This document shows positions 38,440 through 50,790 of a stretch of DNA of 64,000 nt, piece by piece. The stretch spans positions 449,645 through 513,644 of the forward strand of contig BFEA01000020.1 in NCBI GenBank assembly GCA_003427395.1, given 5' to 3'. Source of the DNA: Chara braunii. Lineage: Eukaryota; Plantae; Charophyceae. Under the pieces are notes generated by a model. That model had not been told where the DNA came from, ran no database searches, and was given only the letters and a program-made list of their open reading frames with translations. Numbering within the stretch: position 1 is the stretch's first letter; every line of letters starts with the position of its first letter. A program made the position numbers and the translations under genes.

Positions 38440-41400
38440 AGCAGAGACGACACGAACCTCGGCGTGACGTTGCAGCAATTTACATTCATAAATTTGTTTC
38501 TTCAATGTGAAATTGAACAGACAACGAAGATTAATACAGCGGCAGACCAGATACAAAAATCATCATGTATAAGGCAGAACATCGCTTCATCAGTCCACAA
38601 CTGCGACGCAATCATAAGTTTTTCGATCTTCAAGTTGGACCGCACAATATCTATTTCTGACAGGGTCATTACATTAATTCGGGCTAACCTGCCTTTTGTA
38701 TACAGGAGTGGGGCAAACAACATAACTATTTTACGCATAATGATTTCGACTTGGAGTTCATTGCACCAACCTGAGAAAGAGGTAGAGACGGGGAGAGAGA
38801 TAGAGAAAGTTTGTGTGCTAAGCCTTGAAGAGTGGACAGGGGAGGAGAGAGGAAAACAGTGGTGTGAATGAGAAGCTTCACAGTGAAATTTGTACACTAG
38901 AGCCGAACGTCACTAGCATCGCATATTATCGAGAGACAAAGAAAAAGAAAGAAAGAGATAGAGAGAGAGAGACAGAGAGAGAGACAGACAGACAAACAGA
39001 CAAACAGACAGACAAACAGACAGACGGGCAAATGAAGATAATGACTATGACGTACGATACTCAAACAATGAGTGTACAACATATATTGTATTATAATTAT
39101 GATAAAATATTGTACAATTGGTAAGGCTGGCTATGACAGACATCCCCCACAACCTGCGAATGCTATTTGTTGTTGTTGGTGTCAGGTCGGCTACTGCATG
39201 CCACTTCATGTCTTGGATTGACATGTCGGAGAAATTGTGTCACGCACTAGTGAACCCTGCCTGTAGCAAGGCAACAAACCATATTCTTAACGCCCTCACA
39301 TGCATTCATTCATAAAATGAATTACCGTAAAGCAGAACAGGAAAAAATAAACGTTGGCTACCGTGTGCCACTCGATAAATTTTGTCAATTTTCACAAAAA
39401 CTAACCGCTCATGCCACATTCTTCTCTCTCCCTCTCTCTGTTCCCCCCCGCCTCCCCACCATGTTTTTCGACAACGTCATCAAAATGAAACCTACAAAAT
39501 TCAGTGTGTATTAGCTGACAAAAATAGGCGAATCCTCGAAGATTGAGAAACACGAAAATACAATGTATTGTGGTGCAACTATTGATAGAAACGATTTTTC
39601 GCAGGTTCTATAATTCTTGTACTGCGTTGTTGCCTCCCTCCTTTGTTAGGTCAGGATTTATGTGTCAATGTTCGGTGTCTATCATACTTCTGCACACACA
39701 CAATGACCCTATGTGTCGTAATCTGCTCAATGACAAAGACCGACTAGATCCTCATCATGTCATAATAATGTACGCTGTTTTGTCGCATTCTCTTCAGCAA
39801 CAGACAAAACTGATGTACTGATATGGGAAAAAAACAGACCACTGTATAACCCGAGCGGCAAAGAGTGTTTTTTTCTCCCAACAGGAAGTGCAATGTTTAA
39901 CAATTGGTCAACATACTTCCAACAACTTTTCAACACGGCAAAACTGTTGTTCCAGTCGGCCGTAAAAATCGAGTAGAAAGACTACTTCTGTTGAGCATCC
40001 TGCCGGCTACTGCGGTGCTCGTCTCAGGTCTCTGCTCATATCTTATTGCGAGTTGGGAGCTGGTGATCCATTTATTGTGATCGGATAAGCGGGAGGTCTC
40101 TTTCTCTGCCCAAAACCAATGCTTTAGTTGCCATATGATCTCTCCACGCACTGTTGTCATTATCCTAATGCACTCTCTTATCACTGCTCATCCCGCTCTC
40201 CGCTACATGTGATCGTAGTCCTTCCTCTGCACTTTTCCCCTATTAACTTTATTGTTGCTTGTAGCGCCATGAAAAATCCATCCTCCGTCAGGTACAATGT
40301 TGCGTCCTTTGCAGCGAAAAATGCAAAGGTTTTGTGATTGAACGGAACAGACTGTCCTTCATTTTCTTCGTGAATGCACCGCTTTGTTGGTCAGTTTTCT
40401 GCTCTCCTTCTCCACTTGCGCATGTTTTTTTTTGCAAAATCGTGACACCTAAAAGGAAACACATCAAAACAGAAAAATAATATTAATGAGCCAAAATATT
40501 GCATTTGGTTTGGTACATGTTCAATCTACAATTTAGCTGAAAAAGTACAACTTCGTTGCATCATCGATACGCCAGTATATTTTTTGACTTATCACTGCGA
40601 TTTCATACATGGGAAGCAGCGCTGACAAAGTTTGCTTACCTTCTTGAGTTCTATTTTCCTTCTGCACTAATTATCTGTTATTTGAGAGCGTGTCGTATGC
40701 ATTTTCCTCCCTGCTGCGTTTTTTTCAAATCTGCATCTCGTTCTCTCAGAAAATTGTGACATATCTCTCTCATCTGTCCCCCTCCTGTCTTCATCTGCCT
40801 CTTCTTCATCCTCGTCTCGCTCTGTGCTGTCGCTGCTCTTCTCTTCCTCTTTATCCCCCTCGTCTGCATTATGAGCACGTCCAACCGAAGTTTCACCGCC
40901 AACTCCGTTGTCTTGCACAAACCCGTTTTCCTCTCTGTCCGTCTTTTCTGATACGTAGTACTTCTGTCCGTCTTCTAGTTCCTTTTGAACAACGCTATGA
41001 AAATCACCGGAGCCTCTCTGATCGATCATCTCCACGATTTTATCCTTTTCGTATGTGATCCTATTCTTTATCCTGCATTCTCGCTATGACGTTTTTCCTT
41101 CATGCAACCTCTTCGCGGACGCTCTTGATGGACGGCTCTCGCTGCCACTGACCGGTGTCCATTTCATGGGAATGGCGGGTGGTGATTCGTTGCATTCTTT
41201 AAACTTCGAACTCTCCTTCATACTTGATGAAACAAAAATAAGTGGTTGACTACTGCGGATGTACGTTCGCTTTGTGTACGATTTTGTGCTTTCGTTTCTG
41301 CGATATTCTCTCCTGTCTTTTTTTTTGTCAGCCTTGCACATTTTCCTCCCCTTATTTTTGTTTTCCATGACCTTCAGACCTGCAAAGATCCTCATACTTG

Positions 41401-41450
41401 CTCAAAGTCCTCCTTTTCCTCGTCAAATTCATAATCGTCCCCCCTTATTC
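38440..41450 (-). pseudogene. Decayed spliced coding sequence of unknown (probably transposon-associated) function
   Basis: Broken ORFs 41084..41395 (basic), 40667..41035 (acidic), 39930..40184 and 38502..38897; gaag|gtaagc donor near 40638 and pyrimidine-rich acceptors near 40449 and 38772. No recognisable domain. Confidence 0.3.
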
Positions 41451-41951
41451 TTGTGATGAAATCTCTCCTTGCTCAAATTCGTCCTCCTTTTCCTCGTCAA
41501 ATTCATAATCGTCCCCAATCGTTCGATTGAACTTGTAAGAGTGAATTCGTAAGGTAATACACTTTACCCATCATGGCCACTTGTTCGTCCACCTGTCGAG
41601 TCTCTGCCTCGATCGTTTGCAGTTCATCCATCATCTTATAATTCGCACTAAAACTAGTTTCATCATCCATTCCGCATTTTTCCCCCGCCATGAGTTCTGT
41701 TCTATTATCGGTGTAAGTACCAAGGCAGGTTCCTTCATAAATTCAGGCGGTGGATGCCACATCGAATTTCCTTTCCTCATTACCTTACTTTCAACGAAGA
41801 TAGCCCAACAGTTGATATGAGTGAGCTTATCATCTCATTCTTCCAAAAATCCATTAACTGGAGGTGCCTCCTCTTCTGACCCTGCTTGATTTCCCCATTC
41901 AATTTTACTCATGCTATTAACCCTATTTCTGTTCCCTGGGATACGTTCCAC

Positions 41952-42347
41952 CTAAAAATCAAACATCCATATATAGGTGAACCATCTAGCTATGGTCGGG
42001 TCTGATGGCGAAAAATTGTTGAGAGAATACATGAGCGTTGTTGGGTCAATTATGAGGATAAACCTCCTTCCAAAACGGTGATGCCAGAAAATTATTAGGC
42101 AACGCAGAACTATCAAGACTTCATTTTTGAATTGCGAGTAGTTCCTTTCCGTTGAGTTGAGTGTTCGGCTTTCGAATCTTAACGGCCTTTCCTTCCCACT
42201 ACTGTCTGCCTGGATCAAGACACCTCCCAAGACGGTCGCCCCAACATCGGTTTCAACCATAAAAAGTATTTCCATAGTTGCATCAAAATCTGACACCCCA
42301 AACACTAAACCTCTTTCTTTAAATTCATTTTTCAACTCCTCGACCAC
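41952..42347 (-). pseudogene. Gypsy RNase H domain
   Basis: FMVETDVGATVLGGVLIQ...ERPLRFESRTLNSTERNYSQFKNEVL...FILIIDP. Confidence 0.9.
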
Positions 42348-42503
42348 TTCTTCGTGAAGGGCACCCCACTCCCAATTCTGATCCTTTCGTACTAGCTTCC
42401 TCAGATGCTCTGTCTTTGTGACAAATCTTTCTATGCACCTCCTCCAAAATCCACAGGCTCCAAGGAAGCTACGTACTTTTCCAATATTTTTTAAGGGAGT
42501 CGG

Positions 42504-44220
42504 TCATTCCAATATTTTGTTAGTTTTCTTACCATTGGGTCTTCGACCGTATTCATTGTATACATATCCCACAATGGTTACTTCCTTCACACAATGCCTT
42601 GACTTCACGCCATTGGCAGTGAGTTTATACTCTAACCCTTGGACATGCTCCCATAGGAACTTTCTTATCCCATGAGCCACTTCTAATTTATCTTTCTCAA
42701 TAGGGCCCTTGACGACGAGGTCGTCAATATATGCCTCAGTAATCTGAGGGTTGATTGGCTGCATCACCCTGATCATACTGCGCTGCACCACTGCCGCAAC
42801 ATTGGTTCATCCTTGTGGTGCAACATTCATATGGACTAACCCTCGAGAAGTGTGCATTGCCGTTATAGGACGGTCTGCAGGATAGACCGAAAATTGATCA
42901 TACCCTGAGTAGAGGTCAATAAGGGATACAATCGATCTTCTTGCGCAAGACTCTGACAGTTGATCAGCGTTAGGCAATCCCCCAGCATCCCTCACGATTA
43001 CCACATTCAATCGTTGGAGGTCTTGTACCCATCTGAGCACCCCGTTTGGTTTTACAAAGCAAAACCAATGAGACGCATATGATCCGCTAATAAAGCTTGC
43101 AACATTCGTACGGATCTTCCCATCTAGGTACTCCGCCACCTTTCTATGATCTTCAGGATTGCGGTACTTAGCCCCTCGAACATTTCATGACTCGTGCGAC
43201 ACAGTATGAATGTGGATCATTACGATTTTATCCACAGTTGATGGTCGACCGTATTCATTGCATACACATCCCAGAATGGTTACTTCCTTCAAATAATGCC
43301 TTCACTTCACTCCACTGGCAGTGAGGCTATACTCTTCCAAGAGATATATAATCTCTCTTAACCGTTGGACATGTTTCTATACGATCTTTTTTATCCCACG
43401 TGCCACTTCTGATTCATCTTTCTCATTATGACCCTTGATGACAAGGTCGTCAATGTATGGCTCAGTAATCTGAGGGTTGATTGACTGCATCACGTTGATC
43501 ATACTGCGCTGCACCATTGCCACAGTGTTGGTCCATCCTTGTGGTGCAACATTTATATGGATTAACCCTCGAGGCCTTTGCATTATCGTTATAGGACGGT
43601 CTGCAAGATAAACCGAAAATTGATCATACCCTAAGTAGAGGTCAATAAGCGATACAATTGATCTTCCTGCGCAATACTCAGACAGTTGATCAGCGTTAGG
43701 CAATTCCCCAGCATCCCTCACGGTCACCACATGCAATCGTTGGAGGTCTTGTACCCATCTGAGCACCCCGTTTGGTTTTACAAAGCAAAACCAATGAGAC
43801 GCATATGGTCCCCTTGAAAAGCTTGCAACATTCGTACAAATTTTTCTATCTAGGTACTCTACCACATTCCTATGATCTTCAGGATTAGGGTACTTAGCCC
43901 CTCGAACATTCCACGGCTCGTGCGACACAGTATGAATGCGGATCATTACGATTTTATTCACAGTTCATCGTCGACCGTATTCATTGCATATCAATCGTTG
44001 GAGGTCTTGTACCCATCCGAGCACCTCGTTTGGTTTTACAAAGCAAAATCAGTGAGACGCATATGGTCCACTAGAAAAGCTTGCAACATTCGTACAAATT
44101 TTTCCATCTAGGTACTCCAACACCTTCCTATGATCTTCAGGATTGAGGTACTTAGCCCTTCGAACATTCCATGGCTCGTGCGACACAATATGAATGCGGA
44201 TCATTACGATTTTATCCACA
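42504..44220 (-). pseudogene. Gypsy reverse transcriptase, two near-complete tandem copies plus one internally deleted copy
   Basis: WFCFVKPNGVLRWVQDLQRL, SLIDLY.GYDQF, NVAPQGWTN and YIDD motifs in 43377..43961 and again in 42504..43139 (W to stop); partial copy at 43971-44220. Confidence 0.92.
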
Positions 44221-44781
44221 TCCAACCGTCCACGCTAATCATCATTGAAAACATATGCTCCATGCTTTTCACGCATCAAGTTCCTTACTAGAGCCTGCTC
44301 CTGCTTTGTTAAAAACTCGGGTTCGCCTATTATTAGATCTTTCTCCTTTTCCTCATTGATGTGGCAAAGTCTATTCGTTATCTTTTCCCCCATTTGTGTA
44401 TCAATTCTCTCTCATGTTCATAGTACACTCATTCTTCTTGACTTACCAGGACTGGTACTGGATGATTTTTCTTATCTGTCATCTTGCACCGCCTTTTGGA
44501 GCCCTGCTTGAGTCGACCCCTAAAAAATGCTTACCAACAACTTGAGCATTTGTTGCATGTGGTCCTTCCATTCAGGAAGGAGGAGGTTTATACATAAGCT
44601 CAAACCTCCCGCCTTCCGGATCTTACACTCTTTTGATAAGTGTCGTGACGACATCCGGATCGGTCATCCCATAGGTTGACACCATCTCAACTACTTCCGT
44701 AATACATGACAGGCTTAATACGAGTCCATCAGTCTTCTCATCTTCTGTTTTTTCTTCGTCTTCTCCTTCTAGTTTCATTCG

Positions 44782-45200
44782 TCAATTCTCCGACTCCTCA
44801 AACGTGTATGATCCCGCATTCAGTCGGTTTTTCGAACTGTGGGGCCCATTATTTCTGTAAGTAATTACTTCAAAGTTTCCACAGGTTGGGTCACATAAAA
44901 CAACGAACATAGTGCCGTCATGTTTATTCATTATGAGAGCCTCGGATCTGGACAAAAAATTTTTTTCCAGTAGTATGAAGATATTCAGGCTCGGCATAAT
45001 GTAAAAGAAGGTACGCACCTTAACCCGTTCTATCTCCACTACTACGTTTGAGACCACTCCTGTATTGCCAGTTTTTCCACACAATCATTTTTTTTAATTT
45101 AACCCCAACCTGTTTGCCGTATCTGCATTTATAATATTCATTTCAGTCCCCGTATCAACTATACCCGGACATATCGTTCCTCTGACCATAATATCTATGG
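44782..45200 (-). pseudogene. Retroviral-type aspartic protease
   Basis: PGIVDTGTEMNII at ~45130-45168, followed after a frameshift by the 44782..45084 fragment. Confidence 0.8.
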
Positions 45201-45444
45201 ATCCTGTCCCTACAAATTTTCAGTCAATCTTGCTCCCCACAACTTTCCGTTTTATTTCTTTGAGAATCAAATCCTCCATTCTAACCGTTGCTACCCTTTT
45301 ACAGGACTACAGGGTTTTTACCATTTCTCTCAACCTTGGGGCTGATGCGAGGATCTCTGTGAGGTTTAACAACTCATTGTGATCTTCCAACAATTTATTC
45401 ACTAAACCTTCCAAATCAACCCCATCTTCGATTGTTGTCTGATA

Positions 45445-47485
45445 CTATCGTTTCTTTTGCGTGGTCTCATCCTTCTTCGTCTTGCCTTCTTTAATTCCTT
45501 GTTTCCTTTTTTTAACCCTGATCTCCGATTGCTTCTCTTCTTCCTCCCGAAGCTTATCATCCTTATCCTCACCACCTTCAAAAGTAATAGATAACTCTGC
45601 CTCGACTAATTGGGAAGTCTGAGTCTGTTCCTTTGGCGGGTTATTACTTCTAGTTTTCCGAGTTGCATACGGGATCGTTCCGGTGACATTCCTATGGCTT
45701 ATCCTAGTTCTGAAGGCCATATTCGGTCTAAAAACCCTCGGGTTTGGTTCGCTTGGTCCTCCATCTAGTCCTTCCTGCCCCATGGTCAACATTCTTGGAG
45801 GTCTGATCTCAGTTTCTCCATCTCCATCATATATTTCTTGCAGCCTCAAATGCAGTCTCTGCATTTTATCTACTAAATTTTTCATTATTTCAAACGTTTC
45901 CTTAACACTGATACTTACTTCCTCCTCTCTAGCTTCCTCGCTGATAAAGTCTTTTCTCTTGACTTCCCCGATTCTCATCTTACCCATCTTCTCCTCAAGA
46001 CCAGTTACATCCTCTACTCGGATGATAGGGTCTTCCTTCTCTTGCCATATTCTAAACATGGTCGAAATGTTGGGACCTATCCGAGCCATTCAGAAGACTT
46101 CTTTCCTCGTGCCTCGCACAAGCGGTTATCGGGTAGCTAAAAATTCAGGAATGAAAATTCTGAAGTGGGAGTTTTTGACAGTCTGAAAATCCCGAATGGT
46201 CCTGAAGTGGTGAAAGGTTCGAAGACCCTGAAAACCACCTGTTTAGGCATGCTGCATCCTGAAGTGGTGAAGGGTGTCCTGAAGTGGTCAAGTGAGACTT
46301 TTGTGTAATCTGAAAATCCTGAATGGTCCTGAGGTGGTGAAAGGTCCGAAAACTATGAAAACCACCCTTCACCACTTGAGGATGCAACTTGCCTAAACAA
46401 GTGGTTTTAAGGGTCTCCGGACCTTTCACCACTTCAGGACCATTCAAGATTTTCAGAACTGAATGGTCCTGAAGTAGTGAAAGGTCCGAACTTCCTGAAA
46501 ACCACCTGTTTAGGCAGGCTGCATCCTCAAGTGGTGAAGGGTGTCCTGAAGTGGTGATGAAAAATACGACTGTTGTTAACCTTCTCTCGTGCCTCGAGGA
46601 ATGTTGGCATCGATTAGCTGCCCCTTTATGTCAAATACGTGCCCATCTATGCTTGAGGTGATATGTCCGTCAAGCTCATCGAGCTCCCGTACGTGACATT
46701 TTTTTACCGTGTGTCCTTTGATTTGACAATGCGTACATATGCACTCACTATAGTCCACCCAACCTCGTTCGTATCCTTGCCCATTCCACTGACCATTTCC
46801 TCTACCATACCCCCTGCCGTAACTTTAATCATTCCCTTGGCCAAAACCTTATCAAATATCCTTGACCCACTTGATTGACTCCCATTTGTTGTGACTCTCA
46901 ATTTCCCATTTGTTCGCTATTACCTTTATTATTCATCCCCCATTCTCCCAAACCGTGACTTCTCCCTGCGTTTCTTCCTCTTCCACGACCTTGTCCTTGG
47001 CCCTGGGCTTGAGTTTGATTCTGACTGCTTTTGTGACTTGATCCTGGTTGTTCCTTACTCCTTTGTTGATCCTGTCTTGCTCCTTGCTCACCTCCCAAAT
47101 TCTAGTTTTGTGGTATCATCGGATAAGGTCCCATGGGTCCTTGCATCAGTCACGGTCCCATCGGGAAATACCTGAGCCACGCACCCATCGACGGCCCCAT
47201 GGGCCATTGTCCGAACTGAGCCGTGCTTCGTGACGGGTCTTGACCGTACTGGACTATCGCTTGTTGCGAGACCTGTCCTTTCCCCGTACCTTGTCCTCCC
47301 ATGGCTAAATTTCTTGTTTTTCTTGGACACTTTGTCAATTTAACTGCTATTTCAGAATCCTCTTCTTCTTCATCCTCGCCTTCTTCATTTTCTTCTTTCA
47401 GCTTCCTCTTTCCCGATGGTTGCGTTGTCGAGCGCATCGGTCCGACACCGCACAGGGCAGCGCGGGACCCTCTCGACCGCGTCAC
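45445..47485 (-). pseudogene. gag C-terminal region (Gly/Gln-rich, CCHC knuckle), interrupted by an insertion; capsid domain apparently deleted
   Basis: CTHCQIKGHTVKKC in 46576..46758; 47150..47485 and 46898..47098 share one frame; 45445..46089 continues after the insertion. Confidence 0.8.
46117..46585. mobile_element. 469-bp foldback-type insertion in gag with an 11-bp flanking duplication
   Basis: CTCGTGCCTCG at 46106-46116 and 46586-46596; an internal ~95-bp unit occurs direct (46183, partial 46310, 46461) and inverted (46363-46456). Confidence 0.75.
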
Positions 47486-48511
47486 GCAGGAGTTGGTCTA
47501 AATCCTTCGTCGCAAATATACATGGAGCTTCCGCAAGCCGCTCTGGCTGAGTGCGCCAGCCATACCTCTCGCGAATCCCTACGACAGGATAGGGTCTGCA
47601 CGAGGCACGACTTACCTCCACCTTACGGGAGCTGTCACCTCCCTTCGGTGGGCGTATCCCCGCCGAGCTACCAGTGCACAATACGAAAGCTAATCAGTTG
47701 CAATCACAGAGGTGGACCAGCTGGGGGCGTTTCTCGTTCGCTGTAGCATAGGGGGTACGCACGATAATATGCCTCTATCAAACCCGCACGCGAACCGACA
47801 CACTGGGGAGGCTGAAATCCCAAATGCGGCCCGTCATCGGTCGACTAAGACGTATCCCACTCACCACACGCACACCACTCTACGAACACAAAAACAAAAC
47901 ACACACACAACGACACGCACGAAACGACACAACACAAACAACGAGACAACGCTCCTAGTCCCTTTGTAACCATCCCATAACTTTCCGATGCAGAGTTGGA
48001 TGGGCTCCGCGCGCGAGACTTAGTATAAGACCGCACAGACGCAGGACTAACTCATATCGACTTGCAATGCAAGCGTACGTAAGCAGTCGCAATGATGGCG
48101 TACTATGTGGTGCCCATAATCAAGCAGTCCCTCGTGGATCCGAGTACCCCTTATGACACTCAAGTGTCAGACTCGAAGTATCGTGATGGCCTGATCCCTC
48201 ATGATATTGCACGGCTGAAGGAATAGCCGTGCGGTCACTGCGAGACCTCCATCCTTTGGCTTGAGTGTCTTGGCAGGCAAGGCAAATAGGCCCTGCACGC
48301 GGGCAGATCCCTTCCCTGCAGAGAATAGGGCTTGGGATGTCCTGGATAAAGACCTTGAATCCCGACCCAGGACCAACATCGGATTAATGAATCCTTAAGA
48401 AACGAACGAACAAAAGGAAGGACCTTCCTTGTTTTTTTTTTTGTCAACCTTAACCCCTAAGTAAGCCTCTGGTACGAGGCCCCTCAGGCCACGCGAACAT
48501 CCAGTATAGGT

Positions 48512-48562
<51 letters not shown>
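48512..48562. repeat. (CA)n(TA)n microsatellite
   Basis: Direct reading. Confidence 0.95.
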
Positions 48563-48566
<4 letters not shown>

Positions 48567-49244
48567 AGGGGAAGTAAGTTATGTGGCGATCACTTCTCCC
48601 AGTTTCAGTGGGGCTCCTCACAACCATATGTATATGTGTGATCATAGGCAGTCAAATCCAAAATCGAACCACAGAACATACCTGCAATCACATCAAAGAG
48701 CCCAACAAAGTCCACGCACTACACGGAGTCAACCCCAACCAATCTCTACACTCATACCCCTCGTTTTAGCCATGCAAGCCCCAACCTCCTGTCCAACCAA
48801 CCATAATTAAATACACAGTACCTTTGTTAAATGACCATTCAATAAAAGTCCGGGTGAAAGCTTAACGAAACAATAAAGTCACCAAGGTTAAAGACTTTTA
48901 GGTTGAGTATGGAGGGTGAGTTGGAATTGAATCGTAGACCAACGAATCGGCGAACGACTTGTTGTCAGTGATAATAAAAGGCGATCCTCGTAGGATCAAG
49001 CTGGAACTAGTCCAAGTCCTGAATCAAACGGTTCAAGAGGACCTGTGACACATAACATGCCAAATCCTCAGGCTAAATCTATAAGTTAACCGGAGAGTAA
49101 TCTCCATATCACGTTCTTACTCAACTCACTCTAATTAACTAAGACTAAGTCTATCTCCAAGCAAGTGCCCAAGAAAAGGTAGACCTTTGGCAGAATTTCC
49201 TCTATCCAGAGTGAATTGTCAAAATTGTCACTTGTCAAAATATA

Positions 49245-49570
49245 ATCTAACTCCCTAAACTAAGAAAATTTCGGCAGCGCTTCACATAGGAGAAGTGTCT
49301 TTTTAAAATTTATATCAGTCCGAATATGAAAACAGAAGTAGTCTTTGACTTTCCAAAGTCCTATTTTGTTTAACTCCCTGAATTACTATGAATTTGGGCA
49401 ACATTTAGAAAATAAGACTTTCCAAATTTTTACCAAGCCATATATGAACTTTAGACAAGTTGAACTTTGAAAACTCAAAATTTGACTAACTCCTTGGATT
49501 TGCAGAAATTTTGGCAGCGCTTCCCGTAGAGAAAGTAGCTTACCAAAATTTATACAAAGTCAAGTATAAC
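49245..49570 (-). repeat. ~120-bp tandem repeat (3 units) in element C
   Basis: Units start taactcc at ~49248, 49371 and 49487; homologous to 33845-34410. Confidence 0.8.
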
Positions 49571-49849
49571 AAATGATCTCAGAAAATGCAGAAATTGACC
49601 TAAGTAAAATGAACTTAGCTCAGAAAATACATGAATTGAAACTAACTCCTATGGCTCTAGCACGTGGCGAACAACTAAAGCAACTACCCACCAATTGAAG
49701 CTCAAACTAGAGTAGTAGTCGCACTCAGTCACATGCAGGCCAAACCACAAAGGTAAGTACACTCACCATCCCAGGTCAATTTGAACAAACAATAGTTCAT
49801 GATCTTTCAATGATTCAACCCTTTATACTCTGCCTTAAATAAGGCATAG

Positions 49850-50790
49850 GGTCAGGACACCCAAACTTATGGAATGAACCTTACCTTAGCCAGACCTAAA
49901 GTCAGGCCACCCAAACTTATGGAATGAGTCCAACTTAGCCAAAGTATACACAAACACAGGGCACAACAACTTTTCTCTTCTTTGGGCATATGACTAGACC
50001 AATCTAGTCGCCCTGATCTGCTTAATAGCCAAAGTATATATACCTCTCTGAACTTAATGTTCAAAACGGGCGTAGGACTGAGCCGGTCATCTTAGAATTA
50101 ATGCTCAGTCGGCCCAAGTTACCTTCAGTTATACTCTTAATTATAGTCTCTTCAGATTGTGATAAGCTATAGTCAGACCACTTAAACTTATAGAACGGTA
50201 TGATTAACTTGTTCATAGATAAAATAATAATAAAATATAGCCAAATTATAACCTTGGGTTCCAGCAAGTGCGGGCTTTAAGTCAGACCACCTAAAGTTAC
50301 AGAACATTCTGACTCTCTGCCTGATTTATTCCTCTCTGATCCAAGTTGTGTGTGGCATTGGGCTAGACCACCTGAACTTACAGAACGGTCTGCCCTTTGT
50401 CAGGTTCATTTTCTCAAAATAAAGCAGAAAGAGACTGAACCACCTAAACTTATAAAACGACTCAGACCTTCTCATTCAGAACCAAATAAACAGAGGAAAG
50501 TCCAAAATAACCAAGGCAACCAAAACACCTGAACTTACAGAACGCACTTGGCCACTGAAAAAGTCAATCACACGCAGCCCCCTCAAGTCAGAGCAACCAG
50601 ACCACCTAAACTTATAGAACAGTTTGGTTCTCAAGGCAATCCCACAACACTAGGTCTTCCCAAACTTATGGGGACTTCCCAGCCTCCAGAGCAATCAGAC
50701 CACCTAAGCTTATAGAACGGTCTGACGCTCCACGCAATCCAAAATAAACCATAGCACTGAGTCTCCTCAAACTTATGGGGACTTCCCAGT
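49850..50790 (-). repeat. Stem-loop array C (about 11 units; core mostly CACCTR-AACTTA-YAGAAC on +)
   Basis: For example gggc(t)agac-cacctgaacttacagaacg-gtctgccc (~50360), aaccagac-cacctaaacttatagaaca-gtttggtt (~50595), tcagac-cacctaagcttatagaacg-gtctga (~50695). Confidence 0.88.
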
